Source: Bacillota bacterium (GTDB lineage Bacteria > Bacillota > DTU030). From it: a DNA stretch of 50,624 bases. Below, one piece after another: positions 39,328 through 48,979 of the stretch. The stretch is from assembly GCA_012523785.1 (NCBI GenBank), contig JAAYTH010000047.1, positions 1-50,624 on the forward strand, read 5' to 3'. Below the pieces are notes generated by a model. That model saw only the letters and a list, made by a program, of their open reading frames with translations. It had not been told where the DNA came from and made no database searches. Both the position numbers and the translations under genes were made by a program. Position 1 is the first letter of the stretch. Each line of letters opens with the position of its first letter.

Positions 39328-41769
39328 TCATTGGAAATAACGAAGGATGCCCGCAGTTATGCCTGCGGCTACTTTTTGTTGAAAACTATCCTGCCGCAGA
39401 AGTGCTTCTTCCGGCGCGTAAGAGAGAAAAGCTGTTTCTACCAATACCGCCGGTACGGTGTTATTGCGGAGGACATAATACTTGCTGTCCCTTACGCCGA
39501 CCCGGCGTAGGCCCGGGTTCTTTGCCAGCTCATCCATTATATGCACTCCCAACCTACTGCTCTCCTGACTCCGGGGGTTAGCACTGGAATAATAGACGGT
39601 GGAACCATTGGTCGCCGGGTTATAGTTGTAGTCGGCATGGATGCTAACAAATAGATGGGGCTTATGGGAATTGCTGAGGTTTACTCTTCCTTCCAAACTA
39701 ACATCCCGGTCCTGCTGTCGGGTTAAAATAACCCGGGCTCCTTGTGCTTCCAAAAGGGCAGCAGTTTTTAATGTAATGGGTAAAACAACATCTTTCTCCT
39801 TTGTGCCATAGGTTGGGCCAATGGCACCGGGGTCACTTCCCCCATGGCCAGCGTCCAGCATAATTATTTTACCCTTAAGAGCACCTTTAGATTCTAGGTC
39901 CACGGAACCTTCGAAGTTGGGATCATCACCAGGGTTAATGCCTAGTAGAACTTGGAGCCCGCCGTCTCCTGTAGCCCCTAGTTTAGCATCTACTTGCTGT
40001 AATTTGTGTTCCAAGAAAATTGTATTATCACTAATATGTAAATTGCTAAAGGGCCCGGGGGCAAGGGATCTTTTAACTTCCGGAATTTCCATTTTGGGTA
40101 TTTCTAATGTTATTCGCCCTGGGCCGGTCCTTAGTTTTCCGCCTAGGGGATGTGTCCCCTTAACTAGGAAGCTGTAAAGGCTATCATTTACCCGGCTTAA
40201 GGTTATTTCATTTATCCCCGGGGCAGGAGCATCTTGAGTTTCTTGGCTCAAAGTTGTATACCAAGCAGCCAGGTAGGCGCTTTTTCCTTGGAAGGATATT
40301 TTAAGCCATTTCTCATCACCCTTTGTTATTACCTGTTCAACGGGCACCTTGGTGCCGGCGGGTAGGCCGCCCAGGCGCAGTGAGTCCTCCCCAGGTGCCT
40401 TCCGCACATTGAGGTTGGACATAAGGGTGGCCATGGTAACTTTTTTACCGGGAATCACCAAGCGCAGTCCCCAAGTTGTCCCATTATCAATGAAACGATA
40501 TTGTATTTCAGCGGTCGGAACAGAAGGAAACTGGGTGTTATTGTCGGCTTGCTCTCCCGGATCCCGGTCATTATTTATAGTTGGATCATCTTGGAACGGG
40601 GGTTCTTCAATTCCGGTTTGCCCCCCACCGGTATCTTTCTTTGGAGGTTCTGATATGGCAACTATATCTGTATATTCACCAGCTATGTAGGCTTTTTGCC
40701 CTTGATAGAGTATCTGCAGCCAGGTTTCACCTTGATATTGCACCAGGTCCTTTACCGCAATGTCGGTTCCAAGGGGTAATTGCCCTATTCGGGGCGAATT
40801 GACACCCGGGTTAGTTCTCACGTTAAGGTTGGCGGTTGTCGTTGCCAGTAAAAGGTAGCCATTGCCATCATTTGGCGGGGATTTTTCCGGTTCGCGGGGT
40901 GGGGAAGTGGTCGTAAGGGATGTATAGGCGGCAGAGATGTACCCCACCCGCCCTTGGTATTGCACCTTCAACCATGTTTCCCCGTCGAGATTTTCCACAG
41001 CTTGTACAGATACTTCCGTACCCTGGGGTAGTGTTAGGATTATCGTCGATTTTGTACTGGGACCAGTTCGCAGGTTTAAATTGCTCCTAGTCGTGGCCTT
41101 AAGCTCTGGGCTGGATACCCCGGCCCCTCCTTGCCCATTATTCCCGGCAAGTCCAACACATTTGAGCATGACTTGGGCTGCTTCGTTCCGTCGAAGGGGC
41201 TGCTGGGGTTGAAAACGCCCTTGGGTATCACCACTAAATAATCCTCTTTCCCGGGCAATGGCTACAAAACTTAAGGCCCAAGGACTGATTTTATTATCAT
41301 CGGTAAATCCCGGTTTCCCCCTAAAGGTTTCTGCTTCTTGAGTCAGCCCTAGGGCCCGGACTAAAACAACCGCTGCTTCTTCTCTTGTCACCGGTGTAAG
41401 GGGCCCAAAGGTGCCATCACCTCGGCCTTGCATAATTCCTTCCCGCACCACTGCCGCTACAGCCTCCTGGGCCCAGGAGGGAATCTGCCAGGCATCTTTA
41501 AAGGAAAAAACAGGTTTGATTTCCGGGGGCAAACCCAAGGCTTGGGTGACAACTACCGCAAATTCTCCCCGATTTATGGCTCGTTGGGGAGCAAAGGTAC
41601 CATCAGGATTTCCGGAAAATATTCCTTGGGATACAGCCGCCAAAATAGCGTCTTTGGCCCAATCATCCTCAATATCACTAAAATTGGGGGGGTTGGCCAG
41701 GGCTGTAGCCGTTGAGAAGCTCAATACCACCAATAATAAAAAAGCACTAATTTTTTTCATATTATTCAC
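39328..41769 (-). CDS. Cell-wall hydrolase: signal peptide, 3 SLH domains, 3 SH3b-like domains and a C-terminal N-acetylmuramoyl-L-alanine amidase (Amidase_3)
   Basis: 813 aa. SLH: FSDIEDDWAKDAILAAVSQGIFSGNPDGTFAPQRAINRGEFA and two further repeats. SH3b-like: NLNLRTGPSTKS...GETWLKVQYQGRVGYISAAY, NLNVRTNPGVNS...GETWLQILYQGQKAYIAGEY, NLNVRKAPGEDS...DEKWLKISFQGKSAYLAAWY. Amidase_3: IIMLDAGHGGSDPGAIGP...LFVSIHADY...VPAVLVETAFLS. Confidence 0.9.
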   Translation of the reverse strand: MNNMKKISAFLLLVVLSFSTATALANPPNFSDIEDDWAKDAILAAVSQGIFSGNPDGTFAPQRAINRGEFAVVVTQALGLPPEIKPVFSFKDAWQIPSWAQEAVAAVVREGIMQGRGDGTFGPLTPVTREEAAVVLVRALGLTQEAETFRGKPGFTDDNKISPWALSFVAIARERGLFSGDTQGRFQPQQPLRRNEAAQVMLKCVGLAGNNGQGGAGVSSPELKATTRSNLNLRTGPSTKSTIILTLPQGTEVSVQAVENLDGETWLKVQYQGRVGYISAAYTSLTTTSPPREPEKSPPNDGNGYLLLATTTANLNVRTNPGVNSPRIGQLPLGTDIAVKDLVQYQGETWLQILYQGQKAYIAGEYTDIVAISEPPKKDTGGGQTGIEEPPFQDDPTINNDRDPGEQADNNTQFPSVPTAEIQYRFIDNGTTWGLRLVIPGKKVTMATLMSNLNVRKAPGEDSLRLGGLPAGTKVPVEQVITKGDEKWLKISFQGKSAYLAAWYTTLSQETQDAPAPGINEITLSRVNDSLYSFLVKGTHPLGGKLRTGPGRITLEIPKMEIPEVKRSLAPGPFSNLHISDNTIFLEHKLQQVDAKLGATGDGGLQVLLGINPGDDPNFEGSVDLESKGALKGKIIMLDAGHGGSDPGAIGPTYGTKEKDVVLPITLKTAALLEAQGARVILTRQQDRDVSLEGRVNLSNSHKPHLFVSIHADYNYNPATNGSTVYYSSANPRSQESSRLGVHIMDELAKNPGLRRVGVRDSKYYVLRNNTVPAVLVETAFLSYAPEEALLRQDSFQQKVAAGITAGILRYFQ

Positions 41770-42129
41770 CCCGGTCCTTTATGATTGCCTTGCACAGACA
41801 AGTGCTGATTCTTTGGGACACCTCCTTGTCTGGACTGACCCCCTCTAAACACATGCATATTTATTCTATACCAACATATATTTCCCCTTGATGTAATAAT
41901 TTCCAATTATGGTGCGGAAAGGGCTTCCCTTTTTGGTTAGACTGCTGGATGTCCTCGCATGTTCCATTATGCTATAAAAAAAGAGGATTTTTAGAATAAA
42001 AAGAGAAACTCCCATTAAACAGAACTATAACTATACAATATAAGTTAGGGGTGAAGGCTGTGCCGCCATATATACTTCTCCATTGAAGGCATATATCCCT
42101 ACAGTAATTAAAGTGGAGGTTAAAAAGGC

Positions 42130-42411
42130 ATGGCTAGTAGGTACAAGTCGATTGTTATTGGTGCTGCCCTTGGTTTAGCCGCAATGCCGGTTATCATGGC
42201 CCTGTCCTGGGGGCTTTTGCTGGCATCGGGTTGTGTGCAGGGTGTTACTAACATAAATAGATTTCAAACAATACTACCATGGGCTGGTTTGTTTTCCCTC
42301 TTTGCCGCACTGGTAGCCGCGCTGTTTTTCGTTTACCAGGGGTATAGGCTAGACAAAAGAGGGTTACTCTCTAAAGACGTTGGGGATATGAATAAAATCC
42401 AAAGCAATTAA
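42130..42411 (+). CDS. Small hypothetical membrane protein (2 predicted TM helices)
   Basis: 93 aa. There is a good RBS (GGAGG 10 nt upstream). Hydrophobic helices: IVIGAALGLAAMPVIMALSWGLLL and AGLFSLFAALVAALFFVY. I recognise no family. Confidence 0.5.
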   Translation: MASRYKSIVIGAALGLAAMPVIMALSWGLLLASGCVQGVTNINRFQTILPWAGLFSLFAALVAALFFVYQGYRLDKRGLLSKDVGDMNKIQSN

Positions 42412-42497
42412 AAACTGCTGACTTTAGGCAATGATAGTGCTATAAGTGGATTTTCCGAAAAGGGGGTAATACAGCCCTAGATTGGAGAAGTGATCTA

Positions 42498-43274
42498 TTG
42501 CCAAAACGTGGTCAGGAATTTAGAGCCGAAATTATAAAGGCCCGGCCAAGGCTATCCCCCGAAACGATATCCCAAAGCCCATCATCCCTACTCCACTTTG
42601 TTCGTTGGGTGACTGAAAGGGGAGAAGGGCTGACCCAAAGGGAACAAACTCTTATTCGGAATCACCGTATTATGCTCCATGATTGCGCAGCAGAAGAATT
42701 GAGACGGGAGTTTAACAATATTCTTCTTAGTCCTGCCGTTTTGGATGCCCTTGAGCTGATGGTAGATTCGGGGCTTTTGGAGGTACTTATCCCCGAATTA
42801 CTGCGGGGAAAAGGGATGAAGCAAAGTTTTATTCACCCCGATGATGTACTGACCCATAATTTACTCACATGCTCATTGGTGAAACCATTGCTTCATCTCA
42901 GACTTGCGGGGCTTCTCCATGATGTAGGTAAACCGGACTACTATGTGGATGATCCCCAGGTGGGGCGTAGATTTCCCAACCATAGCTACCGCTCGGCAAT
43001 ACTGGTCCCCACAATTCTGGGCCGTTTTTCTTATCCGGCTGAATTAGTGAAACAGGTTAGGCTTTTGGTAGAGAACCATATGTTTATTTGGGTTCCCCAG
43101 CATGGCCTGGAACCTGTGCGGGAACTCATGGAACGGGTAGGGAAAGAAAATATCGCAGACCTTGTTGAATTGATTACCAGTGACAGGGAAGCCATCTGGG
43201 GGGAGAAAATTAAGGAATGTAATAGGGCCTTGTGGCACGCACTGTCTGAAGTGATAACAAGTACTGAAATGTAG
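42498..43274 (+). CDS. HD-domain protein (metal-dependent phosphohydrolase, related to the C-terminal part of CCA-adding/poly(A) polymerase family enzymes)
   Basis: 258 aa with a TTG start and GGAGAAG upstream. HD motif context: DVLTHNLLT...LRLAGLLHDVGKP. Confidence 0.65.
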   Translation: MPKRGQEFRAEIIKARPRLSPETISQSPSSLLHFVRWVTERGEGLTQREQTLIRNHRIMLHDCAAEELRREFNNILLSPAVLDALELMVDSGLLEVLIPELLRGKGMKQSFIHPDDVLTHNLLTCSLVKPLLHLRLAGLLHDVGKPDYYVDDPQVGRRFPNHSYRSAILVPTILGRFSYPAELVKQVRLLVENHMFIWVPQHGLEPVRELMERVGKENIADLVELITSDREAIWGEKIKECNRALWHALSEVITSTEM

Positions 43275-43454
43275 TATATTATACTTGTGGGGATTCACTC
43301 CCCTACAACGCACTATTGAAAGAAGGAAACGAAAGGCGCTGTTTTAAGATGGTAATAGGGGAACTGCCCCGTGTAGAAACCCCGGGGCGTCCTGAGGGGG
43401 CGGGACAGGAAAACTTACCTTGTCTTGCCGAAGACGAAAAAGGAGGGAAACATT

Positions 43455-43814
43455 GTGGCACAGGATGAACTAGGTCGTACGAAAGTAGCAGAGGAAGTTG
43501 TGGCCATCATAGCGGGGCTCGCCGCAACAGAAATTGAAGGAGTGGCGGGTATGAGTGGTGGTATCGTCAGCGGGATTGCCGAACGGTTGGGTAGAAAGGA
43601 TCTTACCCGGGGCGTGAAGGTGGAGGTTGGAGAAGAACAAGTGGCTGTTGACCTTTTCGTCATCACCCATTTTGGCATGTCTATTCCTGACATTGCCCGG
43701 GATATTAAGGGAAATGTCAAGAAAAAGATCGAATCCATGACCGGCTTGGAAGTTGTAGAGGTAAATGTCAATGTCCAGGGAGTGCACATGGAAGCAAAAG
43801 AGGTGGAGCAATAA
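43455..43814 (+). CDS. Asp23/Gls24-family alkaline-shock / envelope-stress protein
   Basis: GTG at 43455 with AAAGGAGGG 7 nt upstream. Motifs: GRTKVAEEVVAIIAGLAATEIEGVAGMSGG...VKVEVGEEQVAVDLFVITHFGMSIPDIARDIKGNVKKKIESMTGLEVVEVNVNVQGV. Confidence 0.9.
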   Translation: MAQDELGRTKVAEEVVAIIAGLAATEIEGVAGMSGGIVSGIAERLGRKDLTRGVKVEVGEEQVAVDLFVITHFGMSIPDIARDIKGNVKKKIESMTGLEVVEVNVNVQGVHMEAKEVEQ

Positions 43815-43821
43815 TAAAGGG

Positions 43822-43850
43822 AACCCCGTAATTCTACGGGGTTAATTTTT
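43822..43850. terminator. Intrinsic terminator after asp23; it could also serve the convergent ATP-grasp gene
   Basis: AACCCCGT (43822-29), loop AATTCT, ACGGGGTT (43836-43), then AATTTTTAT. Confidence 0.8.
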
Positions 43851-43896
43851 ATCCTTTTTCCAGGCCCTGGTTTTGTGAATATAAGAGTGTCTGTGC

Positions 43897-44940
43897 TTAT
43901 CCCGTGACATCGGCCACTTCTTTACTATACACCCGTTCTAGGGCGGTATTTAGAATATATGCCAGTAAATCATCGTAGCTAATCCCGGTTTGCGCCGCCA
44001 TATAAGGCAGGGAACCACTGGGAGATAGGGAGGGGGTTCCATTGACATCAATGACCATAGGGGTTCCACTTTCATCTTCCCGCACATCGATCCTAAGAAT
44101 ATCTTGGGCACCAACGGCATGGAAAGTGTCTACTGCCAACTTATATAAACGCCAGTAGCGAGGGTCCTCACTAGTGATAACTTCTTGCTCCTGCCGTTTT
44201 GTGGAGGAACTTTTTTTCACCTGGGTAGTGAGAATGCCTCCATGGGGAGGGAAGCCTAATATAGGTAAAACAAGTTTCTTTTTATTTCCTATAATCCCGA
44301 TGGTATATTCGCGGCCGGGAAGATAATTTTCAACCAAGATGGAAGAATCATCTAACTGGGAGAGTATATAATCTATCTGGGTTTTGAGTTCAACCCGACT
44401 ATTGACAAGGGAGTTATCATTAATTCCAATACTATTACCACTGCCGCTGGGTTTAACAAAAAGAGGGTAGCCTATGATTCTATCAATGTTACTAAGTTGT
44501 TGATCAATGAAACCCATTTTGGGCTTAATTAGGGAATGGACGGGTATCCGGATACCCGCGGCGGCCAGGACCCGGTATGTTTCATCCTTGTTGCGACATA
44601 TCCGCATGGCTGCAGCACTGGAGTGGGTTGCGGGTATAGATATATTCTCCAGTAACTGTCTTACCCAAGGTGTTCCAGAACCATCATACAAAGTAGAGGG
44701 GAGAGCAAGAAAACCCTCGGCAATACAAAAGGCAATTAGAAAAGGCCCTTTGGTGTAGATAAACTCCTGTAATTGGGCAGGACTACGCAAATTGAGATGA
44801 ACTATTTCATATCCTTTTCGAGATAAAATGTGGCTTATTTGTACGACATTGTTCATAGTTATACATTCACTATAGCAATTAATTCTTTTATCGTCCGGGA
44901 CGGCATTATAGACGAATAGTACCTTATCATTCATAAACAT
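43897..44940 (-). CDS. ATP-grasp enzyme of the D-alanine--D-alanine ligase family
   Basis: 347 aa. Motifs: GYPLFVKPSGSGNSIG, VENYLPGREYTIGIIG, LRIDVREDESGTPMVIDVNGTPSLSP. Substrate specificity cannot be read from the sequence. Confidence 0.7.
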   Translation of the reverse strand: MFMNDKVLFVYNAVPDDKRINCYSECITMNNVVQISHILSRKGYEIVHLNLRSPAQLQEFIYTKGPFLIAFCIAEGFLALPSTLYDGSGTPWVRQLLENISIPATHSSAAAMRICRNKDETYRVLAAAGIRIPVHSLIKPKMGFIDQQLSNIDRIIGYPLFVKPSGSGNSIGINDNSLVNSRVELKTQIDYILSQLDDSSILVENYLPGREYTIGIIGNKKKLVLPILGFPPHGGILTTQVKKSSSTKRQEQEVITSEDPRYWRLYKLAVDTFHAVGAQDILRIDVREDESGTPMVIDVNGTPSLSPSGSLPYMAAQTGISYDDLLAYILNTALERVYSKEVADVTG

Positions 44941-45112
44941 TTACCCCCTTTAATAATTAGCAATTATGTGAGTTATTGCCACCGCTAACTTTAGAATGCA
45001 TAACAAGTTGGCGATAACGGTGAATTCATTTTATCTTATTGTGGTTGGTTTGGCAAGGGATGGGGGCAATTTTAGATTGTTTGGACTTATTAGGCATTGC
45101 CGGCTAGAAACA

Positions 45113-46846
45113 TTACTCCTTTAGCTTCCGATAAAGGGTGGCTATACTTATGGATAGACTGTCGGCGATTTTATGCTTTGCGGCCAGGCTATTGCCAAAT
45201 CGGCGTATCCGCTCCTCAATAATCCCCCTTTCATATCTTCTGGTAATTTCCGCCAGCGTCATGTTTTTCTCTTCGTTGGCTAAGGATATTTTATTGCCGA
45301 TATTTTCTATGCCTAACAGGTTTCCTTTTTCAAAAATAGTAGCATACTCGATTAGGTTGCGTAATTCCCTTATATTACCAGGATATGAATAATTCATAAG
45401 TAGCTCTTCACACTCAGCCGTAAAACCTTTTAGTCTTTTATTATATACCCGGCAAAAATGCTGCAAAAAATGTCGGGCCAGAATTATGATATCGTAGCCT
45501 CTCTTTCGTAGGGGAGGTATTCTAATAGGTACTACATTGAGCCTATAAAACAGATCTTCCCGGAAGGAACCCTTATCAACCAATGCTTGCAAATCCTTAT
45601 GGGTAGCCGATATGATCCTTGGGTTAACCTCAATTAAAGAATGGCCCCCCACCCGGGTAATTTCTTTTTCTTCCAAGGCACGCAACAACTTTGCTTGCAT
45701 TTGCAAGGGCAAATCGCCTATTTCGTCCAAAAATAAGGTACCATTTTTACAGATTTCAAACTTCCCCTGCTTACCTCCCGGGCTGGCCCCGGTGAAGGAA
45801 CCCTTTTCATACCCAAAAAGCTCACTTTCTATCAGGGTTTCGGGGATTGCACTACAATTTAGGGGTAGATAGATGTCGTTTTTTCGGCGGCTGTTATTAT
45901 GGATAGCCTTGGCAAACAAATCCTTTCCGGTTCCGGTTTCTCCTATTAATAGAACAGCCACGTCTTTTCCCGCCACTTGGATGGCCATCTGCCGTGCATC
46001 CAAAAGTGCCTCGCTCTCCCCCAAAATATCGTCAAAGGTTACCATGTTTCGGTCCCGAGCAGATTTTAATACCGACTCCCGCATTTTAATAAAATCCGTA
46101 AAAATTAAGATAATGCCTTTCTGCTCTCCCTTAATCATTATTGGGCTGGCGTTTATAACAAACTCGAAACTATTGATTATAAAAGGCCCAACCTCACCGT
46201 TAAAGCCTTGGGCCACCAATTGATTATATATTTTGGGGGTAATTATATTTTGGAGGGAGGAAAGACTGCCTTCCCCCAAACCAAGTTTTAGATTTATATA
46301 CTCATTGGTCGTAATGATTTCCAGAGCATTGTCGAGAAACATAATTCCTTCATTGACAGAGTTTAATAGGGTGATAAGCTCCGAAGAACGGTGTTCCAAA
46401 AGAGTACTGTATTTTTTTTCCTTAATCATGGTGGATATTATGTTACTTAACTGACTTTCAAAGGCCAGGTAGCTGCTTTTGTTATCAAGAAGAGTTTCCC
46501 GGGCTGATTGGTTAAAAGCACACATGCCCAATACACCAATAGTTTTATTGTTTAATTTAATGGGGATACATAATTCCGCCAGTTCCTTACAAGTAAGGCG
46601 CCCGGCACAATCAATACAGGCACTATTTTCCCTTGGGTTTTCAATAAAATACTGGTGGCCGCTGACAATGCATTTTTCAAAAACTGAATTGCGGGGCGCT
46701 ATCTTGCCGAACTGTTTTTTAACACGCTCCGTTGCCACCAACCTCCGGAGGTTTTCATCCACAACTGTAAGATCAACATTTGTAATGGCGTGAATTGCCT
46801 CCACAATGTGTTGGAGTTCCCCTTTAATGCTGTTTAAAACACTCAT
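45113..46846 (-). CDS. Sigma-54-dependent transcriptional activator (bacterial enhancer-binding protein) with N-terminal sensor (GAF/PAS-like) domains and a C-terminal Fis-type HTH
   Basis: AAA+ core: VLLIGETGTGKDLFAKAIH, ESELFGYEKGSFTGA (the GAFTGA-type loop) and GTLFLDEIGDL. HTH: LAAKHKIADSLSISIATLYRKLK. I prefer the ATG at 46846; the GTG at 46861 is an alternative. Confidence 0.9.
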   Translation of the reverse strand: MSVLNSIKGELQHIVEAIHAITNVDLTVVDENLRRLVATERVKKQFGKIAPRNSVFEKCIVSGHQYFIENPRENSACIDCAGRLTCKELAELCIPIKLNNKTIGVLGMCAFNQSARETLLDNKSSYLAFESQLSNIISTMIKEKKYSTLLEHRSSELITLLNSVNEGIMFLDNALEIITTNEYINLKLGLGEGSLSSLQNIITPKIYNQLVAQGFNGEVGPFIINSFEFVINASPIMIKGEQKGIILIFTDFIKMRESVLKSARDRNMVTFDDILGESEALLDARQMAIQVAGKDVAVLLIGETGTGKDLFAKAIHNNSRRKNDIYLPLNCSAIPETLIESELFGYEKGSFTGASPGGKQGKFEICKNGTLFLDEIGDLPLQMQAKLLRALEEKEITRVGGHSLIEVNPRIISATHKDLQALVDKGSFREDLFYRLNVVPIRIPPLRKRGYDIIILARHFLQHFCRVYNKRLKGFTAECEELLMNYSYPGNIRELRNLIEYATIFEKGNLLGIENIGNKISLANEEKNMTLAEITRRYERGIIEERIRRFGNSLAAKHKIADSLSISIATLYRKLKE

Positions 46847-47200
46847 GCAAACACACACCACACCTTCTTTGAATTGATTGTTGACGATTATATATGGGTA
46901 CTGTAACTATTTGCAAGAAACTATTCATAAAAATTCTATACACATGCTGTAACTGAGCTGACAATTAATTTTATCATATTTATCCATATTTGTAGAGGTC
47001 CCGGGTCAATATTTATTATAATTGATAAATACCTTTTATTTATGATAATTAGCCCATACATAGCTAGTGCTATATATGGGCAAGGCAAATAGTAAATAGT
47101 GCGATATCTTTATCATATATGACAAATTGATAGAATAACAACTAGTCTGTCTCACCGCATATTCCTCGAGATTGTCCGTATTGCACCTATCTAGTGGATT

Positions 47201-47216
47201 TGGCATAAATATTGCT
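47201..47216 (+). promoter_or_regulatory. Sigma-54 (-24/-12) promoter upstream of the UPF0597 gene
   Basis: TGGCAT-AAATA-TTGCT matches TGGCAC-N5-TTGCW with exact spacing. It lies 34 nt upstream of the ATG at 47250 and is divergent from the enhancer-binding-protein gene. Confidence 0.8.
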
Positions 47217-47249
47217 ATATATTGTAGTCGAAATGGGAGGTAAAATATT

Positions 47250-48515
47250 ATGCCAAGACAACTGTTAGTTAGGATTTTGCGAGATCAAATAAAACCAGCC
47301 CTGGGCTGTACGGAACCCGGTGCTGTTGCCTATGGGGTTGCCCTGGCAAAGGAGCTGTTGGATTCCCCAATTACAGAACTTAAAATTACTGTTGACAAAA
47401 ACATTCTAAAAAATGGTATGAATGTTGGTATTCCGGGTACAAAGGAACGGGGCCTTACTTTTGCTGCCGCCTTGGCCCTTGTTATAGGCAAATCGCAATA
47501 TGTATTGGAAACCTTAAAGGATGTCACACCCGGCAGCATACAAACCGCCAGGGAAATCATGGAATCTGGCATTGTTAAACTCAAACTCAATAAGGAAGCA
47601 GATCGCCTCTATATCTGTGTTGAGGCCCGGGGGAAGGAAGATAAGTCTCGCGTTATAATTAAAGATGACCATACCAATGTAGTATTTAAAAGCAAAGACA
47701 ACCAGATATTATTGAACACGGAAGCTACAGTTTTGGCAACTCCTATCCCTAAGGAAATTAAATACAGGATCAAAAATTACTGCATTGAGGAACTGATTGA
47801 ATTTGCCAGGGGGGTATCTATTGCAAGATTGACATTTATACAAGAAGGCATAGATATGAATATGCATGTTGCTAAAATTGGTCTCCAGAAAGATCTAGGC
47901 ATAGGCTTGGGAAAATTCTTTTTCTCTAAAGCCAAAGATGTGTTCGATAGAGCCAAGGCATATACCGCCGCGGCTTCTGAAGCCCGTATGTCCGGTTATC
48001 CCCTGCCGGTTATGAGCAGCGCCGGATCTGGGAATCATGGGCTTGTAGCCATTACCCCTTTAGCGGCAATTGGTTCGGAAATGGGCATTTCTGAGGAAAA
48101 TATAATTCGTTCAGTCACTCTCAGCCATTTACTCACAATATATGTTAAGGTACATACCGGCGCCCTTTCACCTGTATGCGGGTGTGGTATTGCTGCAGGG
48201 GTTGGATGTTCGGCTGGTTTAACTCTCCTGCTGGGTGGTAGCAATGAACAAATAAAAGCTGCCATAAGTAACATGGCTGCAGGTATTTCCGGTATGATAT
48301 GTGATGGAGCCAAGCTGGGATGTTCCTATAAGCTTTCAATAGCAGTTGATGCGGCAATAGATGCAGCAAACATGGCCTTGGAGGCTATTTATATTCCCTT
48401 TGATAATGGTATCCTGGCTGAAACTGTGGAGAAGACTATACAAAATATGGCCCTGGTTTCCAAGGTGGGGATGAGCAATACTGACAATGTTATTTTGGAT
48501 ATTCTAATGAAATAA
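47250..48515 (+). CDS. UPF0597 family protein (YhaM/CdsB-type L-cysteine desulfidase-like; serine-dehydratase-alpha-like fold)
   Basis: 421 aa. RBS GGGAGG. The N-terminal motif is ILRDQIKPALGCTEPGAVAYGVALA. Later motifs are SAGSGNHG and SPVCGCGIAAG, MICDGAKLGCSYK. Confidence 0.8.
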   Translation: MPRQLLVRILRDQIKPALGCTEPGAVAYGVALAKELLDSPITELKITVDKNILKNGMNVGIPGTKERGLTFAAALALVIGKSQYVLETLKDVTPGSIQTAREIMESGIVKLKLNKEADRLYICVEARGKEDKSRVIIKDDHTNVVFKSKDNQILLNTEATVLATPIPKEIKYRIKNYCIEELIEFARGVSIARLTFIQEGIDMNMHVAKIGLQKDLGIGLGKFFFSKAKDVFDRAKAYTAAASEARMSGYPLPVMSSAGSGNHGLVAITPLAAIGSEMGISEENIIRSVTLSHLLTIYVKVHTGALSPVCGCGIAAGVGCSAGLTLLLGGSNEQIKAAISNMAAGISGMICDGAKLGCSYKLSIAVDAAIDAANMALEAIYIPFDNGILAETVEKTIQNMALVSKVGMSNTDNVILDILMK

Positions 48516-48979
48516 TTATCATGGTAATTTGTGGCAGCCGTTGTTATTTTGATGTCTTTATTTGCTGTTGTTAGTCATTACTATGTCACTGTTTGTATAG
48601 TAACCGGGTGTTTTATACCACGAAAATATAAATGATGGAGGATTTCATTTCGAAAACTGTTTTGCAAACATTCCGGTAGGGATAGGTCTCTTTTTTGACG
48701 ATATTATCAAATGAATTACGGTGAGAAATGTCTGTATTATAGTCCTAAGTAGAAATACAATCATGGAAGCAGTGCAAAACTACTTTTAGCGGCAGAATTA
48801 TTGTTACACCTTCCAGGGATAAAAACTCCGGTGTCTTGTGGTACTACTGTGGTGCTACTAAGGTAGGATACGAAGTCTTGTTTGTTGGAATTAGTTAGTA
48901 TTACCGGGGAGGTGGTTTAGTTTATTATAATTAATAACCTTTGTTAAACATAAATAAAGGGCCCAAATGGAGGGTTACA

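Noticed and set aside
44941-44990. Sigma-54 promoter in front of the Ddl-like ATP-grasp gene (minus strand reads TGGCAA...TTGC)
   Set aside because: The spacing between the GG and GC elements is 12 nt instead of the required 5 nt between TGGCAC and TTGC. It is therefore not a functional -24/-12 arrangement.
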